DNA of 64,000 nucleotides from Wickerhamiella versatilis (taxonomy: Eukaryota), in NCBI GenBank assembly GCA_030867685.1, contig JAQOWU010000008.1, forward strand, positions 3,348,001-3,412,000, given 5' to 3'. The notes beneath the pieces were generated by a model. That model made no database searches. It had not been told where the DNA came from and was given only the letters and a program-made list of their open reading frames with translations. A program made the position numbers and the translations under genes. Shown here piece after piece: positions 22,082 to 31,453 of this stretch (position 1 is the first letter of the stretch; the number at the start of each line of letters is the position of its first letter).

Positions 22082-25000
22082 ATGTCGTCGGTTCTTGGTT
22101 TTGATGCAGTATCTATCCTTAATACCCAGGATTTTTCATGGGTCTTTTTGGTGGACTGGATCATGATCCTTACTCTAATAATATATGTGCTATTCTATGT
22201 CAATCAGCTAATGGGTTGGTTGGTTACGCAGTTAGTGGGCTGGTATGTCCACCATCGCTACAATGTGTATTTTAAGGTTGAGGCAGTGAAGCTCAGCCTT
22301 CTTGGTTCTCGGCTCACATTCAAAAATCTTGTTTATGTGGGACCTAATGAATCAGTTCGTATAGTGCATGGCCATCTCACCTGGCAATATTGGCTTCCTG
22401 CACGTCGACGCGCTGCCTATTTGATCAAAAGTGAGGCGCAAAAGTCGCGGCCTTGTGCTTTAGCTCTTAATATCATGGGTATTGAATGGTTTATTTACAA
22501 TCGGTCGCCTGCATATGATGCCCTTCAAAGTCATGATCCAGTGCTCGAAATGACCAACATAATTTCCAAGGAATTAAGTCATTTTGAAGCGAAACTTGTG
22601 GCACTTGTCCCACTCAAAATTAAGGTCTCACAACATGCATTAGTTTTGGGCAATGACCGAACACCAAATTTACTTGTGTTTCATAGCTCCAGGGCGATAG
22701 GTGAGTTGGATATTGATGTAGCGTCCAATGCTTATGACCGCTACATGATAAAGTACATGTGTCGTCATGAAAACCTGTCTATCAAGCTTGAGCCTAATCC
22801 AGATTGGACGGGGTCCTTTGTGGACAAATTTCCCAAGAACAAACGGCTCTCAAAAATGCCAAAACGAATAGAAAAGCTCTTGATGAAATCTAAATCGCGA
22901 AAGCTTGACGAAAAAGGTGTTTGGTTGGGGCTAGAGCGCTATGCACTAGAAGACGAGCAGACCAGCAATAAATATGATGGGGAATATGCGAGAGTCCCAA
23001 CAATGTATGAGAGTGAGTGGACGGAAATTGACTTTGGATTTGACATGGTAGGTCCACATGAGGAAGAGGCGGATTCGAAGTCATACAATAGCGATGTAAT
23101 CCCTCCAGACTTCTATATTGACATCCGTATGAGCGATGCAACCATAACTTATGGTCCTTGGCATGATAGACAGAGGATACTGTTGCAAAAGGAATTCACA
23201 CCACAGAGGTGTACAGATTCGAAACTGCCGCCCTCTGCGGTTGCAGGTACTGCGAGAAGCTATCAATCTATGCGGGTTAATTTCGAGACAGTAGACCAGG
23301 CACTTTTGGTCGTTCCAACAAGAGAAGAATCTAAGGATAATGTGGCACCAAATCGCCAACTCAATTATGGTTGGTTGGAATTACGTATAGGTCCAGGGTC
23401 AGCGGGAAGGTATGAGATGCCCTACTTTCCCCACAGCAATGGATTCCTCACCACCCTCAGTCTTGACTTAAAGCGTCCAGAGCTTAGATCCTCTGTTAAT
23501 CATGCTACTGTTTTGGTAGGTAGTTCTCATCAGCTGACTTGTAAACAGCAAGCACCATTACAATGGAATGGAAAGCAAGAGTGGACTATAACACAGGAAA
23601 CTAAAGATATGGACATGTACTTGCTTCGCGAACATATATCTTTGATTAGCGACACAATTGTGGACTTCTCAAGTGGCGAAAAGGTAGAATACTCATTGTT
23701 TTGCCCAGCCGTTTATAAATACAACTGGACAATCACAAACTGGGCTCTATATCTGAATGTGAACAAGCTTAATGTCATCAACAATCCAACTTCGTTGAAT
23801 GAAAACATATTTCTTGTCTTCAGAACGGCGAAAACAAGTATTGATTCGTACATTCCGGTGGATGAAATAAGTCCCGAAGTTCACTGGGTAAATTTTGCCT
23901 TGCGCACGCCAAAGTTGACAATGGAACTAAGTGCTCCTCAATGGCATACGTTGCAGTCTTTTCTCGATGTACCGCAACTAGGTGTTGCTGATGATTTTGA
24001 GATCAAATTTGACGATTATTTTAGTATCGCGCGCATTCAGCGGGCTATAGATCAGCGGATAATGCATATTGGCGCGAAAGAATTTACGCTGCTGTGCTAC
24101 GGTTTTGTGTTGGACTATTTAATGACCATTCGTGAGAACTATTTTGGTCAATCTTATCATTTCAAGACCACTGAAGAGTTCTTCGAGGAACAAGAGAATC
24201 AAAAGGCTGAGAAGTATTCCTTTAGTAGGCCTAGTGAGCCAGATACTGATATTACGGTTACTGCATCGGTCTATCAGTGTTGCTTTGTACTTCCTGCTAA
24301 TCTTTATTCTGCGAGACACCATTTAGCGTTATATTATGATGAATTGAATGTGGATTGCAGGTTTACCAATTATTATATGGACATACAGGCTAATTTTTCA
24401 CCTGTGACTTTGCAGGCTGGCTCTGCAGTTACTGCAGATGAAGTATTGACTTTGGCATCTCATCCTCCCAGTAATTCTGGTTCTTATATTGATAATATTA
24501 ATATACATGGTCATCGTATGTTTGGTTTACCTCCAAGTGAACCAACATATATGTGCAAGTGGGACTTTGATGTCGGTAAGATTTGCGTTGATGATTTGAC
24601 GGCAGTTGTTATGGTTCCCCGCATTGTGAGTTGCTTCAGTCATGGATACAATGATGAAGAGAACAAACCTGTACTGGTTCTGCCTGAATTGCACGATGTA
24701 ACATTTGTCTCTGCACATGTAAAATCACTTCATCTTTTGCTTGAAGGAATAAGCGTCGATTTCAGTGCTATACGCTTTCGATTTAATGATTTGGCAAATG
24801 AGCGCTATTCTGCAAGAATATATTTCGAAACAGAGGTCTTAATTAGAGCAAGAAAGGATGATGGAACCGTCACCGGAGAGTTTCAGTTCCCTTTGTGTGT
24901 TTCCAACTTCACCACACTACCTGATCCTGTGGAAAAGTATGAATTGCAGCAAGCCCATATTGCCCTTCATGATAGTCTATTTCATCGTTGTCCTTTTCTA

Positions 25001-28000
25001 CTGCAAGAGAACTTTCGTAACTCAAAGACTTATCGTTCCGCGCAGAAGTGGCAAGATAGTATTCACCCTAATATACCATTGCCTAATTTACCACCTCAGC
25101 TGACTCCTGAAGTATGGTCGATTTTTCATCCAAACCTGGCAGATTTCGAGCTTAATTCACATCATTCATCATCTAGGGGCTCCTCTGTTCGATCTCACTT
25201 CGAGCCCTCAGAATCAAGCTCTTCCTCAGAGGAATTTCATGATAGTCAGAGCACGCATGATGGTGGACCATTGTTTGATCTTGGTCCTACCCAGTGGTAT
25301 GCAGGTGCGCCTACCCTCACTGGCAGCGACGGAGATTTAAATGAAGATTTTGTAATACAGTTTGGTGATATACGTGGTCAAATTTCAATTGGAATAGAGG
25401 AATGCATTAAAAATGTCATTCTAAAGTGGCCATCTGAATCTATAGAGTCCTTGCTCGACGGCCTTCAGATCGAATTGGTAAAGAAACTGAAACCAGAAAG
25501 GTCACCCACTGTTCTGCGTGCTCATGTTATTTTACCTTTGTTTTATCTGAAACTGACGGAGAAGTGGGACTCATCTGATTTTATCTCGGTGGTTTTGAGA
25601 GATGTAGATGCCATTGGTCAACTTGCCGAAGGTGACTTGCAAGGGCTTCATTTCGATTTTCGAGGTTTGAGTATCACATTGAGGCAAGGTAAGAAAGAGA
25701 GCCCTGCCGCTGTGGTTTCTCTTTCGAATTTGACGAGTTGGTTGATAAATGATAAGAAGGGTGAGCGTTATGGCGCTGTTAAGTGCGCGGATCTCGATTT
25801 TATGGTATCTGGAGAGGAAATAGATTGGATATTGGATTTTGGGGATCGATTAGCTACCGATGTTAGCCAAGCATGGAGCAAGTTATCTCTCCCCCAAACT
25901 CAGTCAAACCCGCTTGGATCCGCATTTCTGTTGCTGGCAAAGACCGGTGAAGAGAACTTGGTTGAGGAAGATTCCTATGTTTTGTCACGACCTTCCGGTA
26001 CAATTCAATCTAGTGAACATGTGCGCTCGAATATTAGCTGGCGAGTCATGGTCCGAGAACGCTATCTTCTTCAAACACTGGATGAAGCTGCTGTGTCAAA
26101 TATAAGGACACAGACCAGTAATGGTCATTATAAGCTTCCTGAAGACAGCAGAGAACAAGCGATCGAAGTATTCAAACGCTGGCGTTCGTGGGAGCATGAC
26201 ACTAATTTAGAATATGCCACTATTTTCGACTTGGTTTATCCAAAGAATGAAGAGAATCCGAAAATAATACGTGCTGAATCAATGCTTGTTGCTTTTGAAA
26301 GTATGTCAATTCGTCTAATATTAGAGCAAGCTGAACATTTCGCACGAACGGATGATCTGAGTGTACAGCTATCCAGTAGGCATGAATCGGATGCTTCATC
26401 TGTAAATTTGTTGCTCTGTTGCTCACAGGTTACGACTGAGATGGGCTATGACATTTTGCCTTTTTTGAATGTAGTTGCAGATGGCGATATATGGAAACGT
26501 ATTCCGACAAAGTTACAATCCGATTCTCGAATGGGGCAACCAGGTACACGTCCGCCTGATGCTCTTCAGCTTAACGCTACAATTATGGTGTACGATGTTA
26601 GCTTTTTTTTCAAACTACCGAGCTTAATGGTAGAGTCTCAATCCTCAAAATTCCAATCAATCATCACCTCAGAATATATGCAGACAGGTGATTTCCGCAC
26701 AACTTTCTATTCCGGAATCGTTGTGTGCGAAACCTCAGGATTTAGGATTTATAGACCTTCTGAGGAGATTGCTGACGGCTTAATTAAATCTCTCGCAATT
26801 GGGGTAGCTTTAAAGAGCCGGAACGTTCCATGGGTCACTATCTCCAGCGAAAATATGAGTGTTGAGGTGCATATTCCTACACTGAGACTAGCTGAAATCA
26901 TCAGCGAGTTTGTAACTCAGGATATTTCTTTATTCGAGAGGTTCCTCAATCCCGATTCGCCCCAGAAAACTCACAATCAGGCGCCGCAAAACAGTTCTGA
27001 GCCTACTCTTGGTGCTGGAATCAGCTTCAATATCAACAGCATGAGAATACGCACTTTGCTTCTCGATGATATTGAAATACTTTTACAAGGACAAGGATTA
27101 GCTATAAGGGCATTAACAGGTTCCCCCATTGTTAGTATGGATTTTGAAAAAGGTGCCCTTACTGCGTATTATGGCAAAGTTTTGGTTGCCGGAATGCATT
27201 TAGAGGAGACTCGGATGCTTACCCGTAGCCAGGGTAATGTTTCTGAGTGTTTTGCTAGTACTTACCGAATTCGTATGGAGACTGCATCCCTAGTATGGCT
27301 AATGTCTTTCGTACAACAACCTGAACTTAAAGGTCGGCTTTTGGCTGTTCAGGATAAGGTAGCAGAAATCTTCAAGAGTCCCACAAAACCTGCGGATCGC
27401 TCGGCCTCAAAACCGATCCATGCCCAAGTTTTCATAAATACAGTACAATTACAGTTACCAATTGGTTCACGCACTGTGGTTATAGCTCTTGATGATATCG
27501 ATTTACATCATGCTGCAAGTGGAGCGATATCGTCCGGGTTATCTATGAAATTTAACATATTCCTGGTTTTTGCAGGTCTAACACAAATGACACGTCAGCT
27601 GCTTAAATTACAGCTAGAAGCAAAATTCGGCCGAGGTCCTGACGATGGTATGGTTGATATACGCTCGAAGCGTTGTGAATTGGCTTTTGACCCGGAAACA
27701 GTGGGTGCCTTAAATATGGCATTTCGCAAAGTCAAGGGATTCCGTCCCACTGGTTCTGAGGGTAAAGCAGACTCAATTAAAGAGTTTGATTGGAAGGGGC
27801 TTGAAAATATAAAAGCTGCAGTTGAGCTGCAGCAGCTTTCTTTTACCTGGTATACCGACAGTACATCCACTGAGGGTTTGCAAGTTGGTATTGAACGCAT
27901 AAGTCTCACAAGTTTCGGTCTAGTTATGCGTTTAGAGCTGTCAGGAATATACCTGACCCCTGTGGCTCCTGGCTCCAAAATACCAGTCGACAAGCGTGCA

Positions 28001-30406
28001 AATACTGCCTATCTACCTCAGCTTGAAGCGAGCAGCGCCTTTATCAAAGAGAAGAAATTCTTGAACCTGCATATGAAAGGCACACGTCTTAAGGTGGATA
28101 TGACTGCAGGTGTTGCCCCTTGGCTTGCGAAGATTATTCGCTCAATGGAGATTACAAAAGGGATTCTTGCACGTCTAGGACCCTCAACACCTGAGTCGAC
28201 TCCTAAGGAGGAAGTCAACACTTCTATACCTGAGAACCAAAAGCCGCGAAGACACCAGTTATCCATCAACTTGCATGCAAGTGTGAAATTTGCCGGTGCT
28301 GTATTAAGATTATTTGATGATGCCAACGAGGTGCACGAAAAGGAACATCCTGCTTTGGAATTGCATACCCCTTCAGTTGAATTAACTAGCGACTTTATGA
28401 GACAAGAGTCTTCTCGTGATCAAATTTTTGTAAATATTGTTGTTTCCTCCACTTCAAACACAATATTCCCGAAGGCGCTTCAGGAATGTCGTACAATGTA
28501 TGATAATATTCGGATTATTTTGGAGCGTGATGCCATGTATTTACAAGAAGAAAAGACTCGGCAAAGTGAAGCCGTTGTTGGTTCACTTCTGGGGTTGCCT
28601 GGTGCTGCCGAGAATGCGAGCAATGCTGTTAATTATAACTTCCTTGATAAGGCAGAGTTATCAATCAGGCTGCATTTTGGAAGTCAAGAAATTTACCTCA
28701 GCTGCGTGCCCTTTGCAAAGGTTGGTACATTGATAGCATCTCAGCCATCTGAGCTTTTCATTACAAGTGAAGATGACACTTTAACTGCGCAAGCAATCAT
28801 CAAAGGCGCACAAGTCTCGCTTCAACATGTTTATAGCCGGGAAATTTCATGGCAAACGCGATTCGATCAAGCATCGGCAGCAATACATAAGACTCCAAAG
28901 AAGCCATTTAGGATTTTGACCAATATCCATTCACCTCAGCTGAAGATGAATTTAATCCAGTTGCATGACTTACATATGTTTTTAGACATATGGCGCTTTT
29001 TCGATCTTGCAGTGCAAACGCAGGATCATGAAGAGTCTGAAGAAGAAGGAAAAGAAGAAGAAACAAATGCTGGAGATTGGCTTTCTCGTGCCGCAAAATC
29101 CACATTTCAAGCCTTCACAGTCAACCTTAATGCTGTAAATATGAAAATGCATGTCATCTTCGGTCAATCCATTGGTGAGGCACACGTGACCGTTGGTCGC
29201 GCATGGGCTGCTGGATTTCAATCATCTGATGGACAAAAGCTAATGAATTGTGGCATGAACTCAGTAAAGCTTGAGTCAGAAGGCAGGGTAGGTGGCTCCT
29301 TGAAGGTCTCAGATTCATTTATAAGGCTGGCGAAGCTTTCAACCGGTCAGGCACAAATCATCCAAGCTGTATCGGGGGTCAAGGCTTTAGAATGCTACTT
29401 TTGCTTAGATTTTCATCCATTCCTAGCACTGAAGGTAGGGAATGCAGAGGTGGGTCTCATGAACCAGTATCACTCATTAGAAAAACTCTTGTTGGCTATT
29501 AATGTGGAGAGGATCCAGGTAGTCGCTACAGCGTTAGTGGCTTCTCATATGTCGGATGTTGTAAAGTTGTTTCGTCGGTTACACGCACATGTTTCAACAT
29601 CTAGCAACTTATACTCACCAGAGGTACGTCGGATGCACTCAGAAATCGATAAGACAGATTCCGAAAACCAAAATAGGCTCTCCAGTGTCGATTTGCGTGT
29701 TGAATTGGATGCTAAGGTAGGTGATCTTCTCATTCACATCTTCCCTGCAGAATTTACGGATACAATGGCACTTAGAGTACATGGCCGTGGTCTAGCGCTA
29801 CATTTCTCGCAAATGCCACACAAATCTGTAACTCTGGATAGTGTTATTGATATTCATATGATATCTCTGACAATCGGATTGAGCCAAATGCGGACGAAAT
29901 ACGCGGCAACCATGACATCGCTGGACACATCTCAATTCCTAGAATTTGTTCGCTGCTCTTCGCCGGCTGGCACGGTACTGCTTATGCCTATGTTGCATCT
30001 TAATATGAAGACAAGCGAGAGTGAGCGAGAAGTGCATTTTATTTTTGCAAACGAGTTTGGTGGTAGCGTTGAAGTAGGTTGGAATCTGGGTTCGATTAAT
30101 TTTATCAAGGAGATTATTCGGGCACATCGGTCTTCTTGGCTCTCCCGACAACAACTGAACACCACATCGGTCAGCCCTACCGTAAAATCACCAAAAATCC
30201 CCTTGCCAGAAAAAATTTATGTTGCCGATAGGAAGCTTGAGGTTATAATTCCTCAGTTGAGAGACCTTGGTGAAGCAACGCCTCCCATTGAGTGGCTTGG
30301 CATGAACAGGGAGCGGCTTCCTCGCATGATGCATAAATATGTTATTGTGGCATTAAACGACATTTCCAAAGAAGCAAAGCTTCTTTACACTGAATTGCAT
30401 ACATAG
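22082..30406 (+). CDS. CSF1: Bridge-like lipid transfer protein Csf1 (~2770 aa)
   Basis: N-terminal TM after DFSWVFLVDW, EWFIYNRSPAYD, YGPWHDRQR, HGHRMFGLPPSEPTYMCKWD, C-terminal PQLRDLGEATPPIEWLG. Confidence 0.92.
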   Translation: MSSVLGFDAVSILNTQDFSWVFLVDWIMILTLIIYVLFYVNQLMGWLVTQLVGWYVHHRYNVYFKVEAVKLSLLGSRLTFKNLVYVGPNESVRIVHGHLTWQYWLPARRRAAYLIKSEAQKSRPCALALNIMGIEWFIYNRSPAYDALQSHDPVLEMTNIISKELSHFEAKLVALVPLKIKVSQHALVLGNDRTPNLLVFHSSRAIGELDIDVASNAYDRYMIKYMCRHENLSIKLEPNPDWTGSFVDKFPKNKRLSKMPKRIEKLLMKSKSRKLDEKGVWLGLERYALEDEQTSNKYDGEYARVPTMYESEWTEIDFGFDMVGPHEEEADSKSYNSDVIPPDFYIDIRMSDATITYGPWHDRQRILLQKEFTPQRCTDSKLPPSAVAGTARSYQSMRVNFETVDQALLVVPTREESKDNVAPNRQLNYGWLELRIGPGSAGRYEMPYFPHSNGFLTTLSLDLKRPELRSSVNHATVLVGSSHQLTCKQQAPLQWNGKQEWTITQETKDMDMYLLREHISLISDTIVDFSSGEKVEYSLFCPAVYKYNWTITNWALYLNVNKLNVINNPTSLNENIFLVFRTAKTSIDSYIPVDEISPEVHWVNFALRTPKLTMELSAPQWHTLQSFLDVPQLGVADDFEIKFDDYFSIARIQRAIDQRIMHIGAKEFTLLCYGFVLDYLMTIRENYFGQSYHFKTTEEFFEEQENQKAEKYSFSRPSEPDTDITVTASVYQCCFVLPANLYSARHHLALYYDELNVDCRFTNYYMDIQANFSPVTLQAGSAVTADEVLTLASHPPSNSGSYIDNINIHGHRMFGLPPSEPTYMCKWDFDVGKICVDDLTAVVMVPRIVSCFSHGYNDEENKPVLVLPELHDVTFVSAHVKSLHLLLEGISVDFSAIRFRFNDLANERYSARIYFETEVLIRARKDDGTVTGEFQFPLCVSNFTTLPDPVEKYELQQAHIALHDSLFHRCPFLLQENFRNSKTYRSAQKWQDSIHPNIPLPNLPPQLTPEVWSIFHPNLADFELNSHHSSSRGSSVRSHFEPSESSSSSEEFHDSQSTHDGGPLFDLGPTQWYAGAPTLTGSDGDLNEDFVIQFGDIRGQISIGIEECIKNVILKWPSESIESLLDGLQIELVKKLKPERSPTVLRAHVILPLFYLKLTEKWDSSDFISVVLRDVDAIGQLAEGDLQGLHFDFRGLSITLRQGKKESPAAVVSLSNLTSWLINDKKGERYGAVKCADLDFMVSGEEIDWILDFGDRLATDVSQAWSKLSLPQTQSNPLGSAFLLLAKTGEENLVEEDSYVLSRPSGTIQSSEHVRSNISWRVMVRERYLLQTLDEAAVSNIRTQTSNGHYKLPEDSREQAIEVFKRWRSWEHDTNLEYATIFDLVYPKNEENPKIIRAESMLVAFESMSIRLILEQAEHFARTDDLSVQLSSRHESDASSVNLLLCCSQVTTEMGYDILPFLNVVADGDIWKRIPTKLQSDSRMGQPGTRPPDALQLNATIMVYDVSFFFKLPSLMVESQSSKFQSIITSEYMQTGDFRTTFYSGIVVCETSGFRIYRPSEEIADGLIKSLAIGVALKSRNVPWVTISSENMSVEVHIPTLRLAEIISEFVTQDISLFERFLNPDSPQKTHNQAPQNSSEPTLGAGISFNINSMRIRTLLLDDIEILLQGQGLAIRALTGSPIVSMDFEKGALTAYYGKVLVAGMHLEETRMLTRSQGNVSECFASTYRIRMETASLVWLMSFVQQPELKGRLLAVQDKVAEIFKSPTKPADRSASKPIHAQVFINTVQLQLPIGSRTVVIALDDIDLHHAASGAISSGLSMKFNIFLVFAGLTQMTRQLLKLQLEAKFGRGPDDGMVDIRSKRCELAFDPETVGALNMAFRKVKGFRPTGSEGKADSIKEFDWKGLENIKAAVELQQLSFTWYTDSTSTEGLQVGIERISLTSFGLVMRLELSGIYLTPVAPGSKIPVDKRANTAYLPQLEASSAFIKEKKFLNLHMKGTRLKVDMTAGVAPWLAKIIRSMEITKGILARLGPSTPESTPKEEVNTSIPENQKPRRHQLSINLHASVKFAGAVLRLFDDANEVHEKEHPALELHTPSVELTSDFMRQESSRDQIFVNIVVSSTSNTIFPKALQECRTMYDNIRIILERDAMYLQEEKTRQSEAVVGSLLGLPGAAENASNAVNYNFLDKAELSIRLHFGSQEIYLSCVPFAKVGTLIASQPSELFITSEDDTLTAQAIIKGAQVSLQHVYSREISWQTRFDQASAAIHKTPKKPFRILTNIHSPQLKMNLIQLHDLHMFLDIWRFFDLAVQTQDHEESEEEGKEEETNAGDWLSRAAKSTFQAFTVNLNAVNMKMHVIFGQSIGEAHVTVGRAWAAGFQSSDGQKLMNCGMNSVKLESEGRVGGSLKVSDSFIRLAKLSTGQAQIIQAVSGVKALECYFCLDFHPFLALKVGNAEVGLMNQYHSLEKLLLAINVERIQVVATALVASHMSDVVKLFRRLHAHVSTSSNLYSPEVRRMHSEIDKTDSENQNRLSSVDLRVELDAKVGDLLIHIFPAEFTDTMALRVHGRGLALHFSQMPHKSVTLDSVIDIHMISLTIGLSQMRTKYAATMTSLDTSQFLEFVRCSSPAGTVLLMPMLHLNMKTSESEREVHFIFANEFGGSVEVGWNLGSINFIKEIIRAHRSSWLSRQQLNTTSVSPTVKSPKIPLPEKIYVADRKLEVIIPQLRDLGEATPPIEWLGMNRERLPRMMHKYVIVALNDISKEAKLLYTELHT

Positions 30407-30618
30407 CCGATATTATCGGATTTAGCTATTTATAGGAAAACGTTAATTTTGACGAGAAAGAACTTACAAGCGTTCAAAGACTATCACTATGTGCACAATT
30501 ACTTCGCAATCATGCAACTATCAAGCCGAAACTTTCTGCTATCTCACATTTTGTATGTGAACTAAGGCATCAATGTGCCATCCTGAACTATTTAGTTAAA
30601 GCCCAATCTACGGGGAAC

Positions 30619-31056
30619 TTATTTAAGAGAAACCATGCGGGAGAGTGGCGCATTAGAGCCAGCAGTCTTACGAGCAACGGGCTTGTAGGTGATTGAGAAC
30701 TCACCAAGATACCTTCCAAGCATCTCGGGACGAAGCTCCACAACGTTGAACACCTTGCCATTGTACACAGCTACGACTGACCCAAGCATCTCGGGGATCA
30801 CCATCACATTACGAAGGTGAGTCTTGACGGGAGGTGGCTTCTCACCTTCAGGGGTGGCAGCCTTAGCCTTCTCAAGCTTTGCCAAGAAACGGACAGTCCT
30901 GGGAGAGAGCCCGGTCTTGAACTTTCTTCTGCCACGGGCGTGGAGAAGTGGCGTGAATTCATCAAGGTTCATCTTGAGCAAATCCGCGACATCGACACCA
31001 CGGTAAGAAAACTTCTTATGGACCTTCCGGCGGGTCTGAGGAGCGGCGTCAGCCAT
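30619..31056 (-). CDS. RPS15: 40S ribosomal protein S15 (uS19)
   Basis: FSYRGVD, VKTHLRNVMVIPEMLGS, YNGKVF, GRYLGEFSITYKPV; biased codon usage. Confidence 0.97.
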   Translation of the reverse strand: MADAAPQTRRKVHKKFSYRGVDVADLLKMNLDEFTPLLHARGRRKFKTGLSPRTVRFLAKLEKAKAATPEGEKPPPVKTHLRNVMVIPEMLGSVVAVYNGKVFNVVELRPEMLGRYLGEFSITYKPVARKTAGSNAPLSRMVSLK

Positions 31057-31091
31057 GTTGATAACTGCGTCGAACGTTGCGAGAGCTAAGC

Positions 31092-31128
31092 TGTGAGTAG
31101 ACTGGTTGGAGTAAAGCCCTGAGCCCTA
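31092..31128 (-). promoter_or_regulatory. Bipartite element TAGGGCTCAGGGC-N17-ACTCACA upstream of RPS15
   Basis: Same motifs, order and near-identical spacing upstream of RPS3. Confidence 0.55.
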
Positions 31129-31453
31129 AAGTGAGCTTACCAGCTTATTAGTAATAACAAAGTAATATCGAGTATCATACGACGCCTGAGGTGAAATTGT
31201 GTGATGATGCAAATTTAAATTTATGAAAATGATTTTAAAATGAATTATGTGATAGATAATGCCATATCAAGCTCATTTGGCTTATGCTGGGTAATTGAGG
31301 CGTTTGCTTCTTTCTGATGCTTTTAACAAGGCACGCAAGTATATTTCTTTCCGAAATGCTTATAATAAAGTATAGGTTAGAGGGTATACTATTTGCTTGT
31401 GTCTGTACACCAATCTAACTAATTAATCTAGTGTAGTGGGTGACATAAACAGC

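Noticed and set aside
31201-31320. GTGATGA...CTGA as a possible box C/D snoRNA
   Set aside because: No convincing terminal stem or rRNA-complementary guide next to a D or D' box
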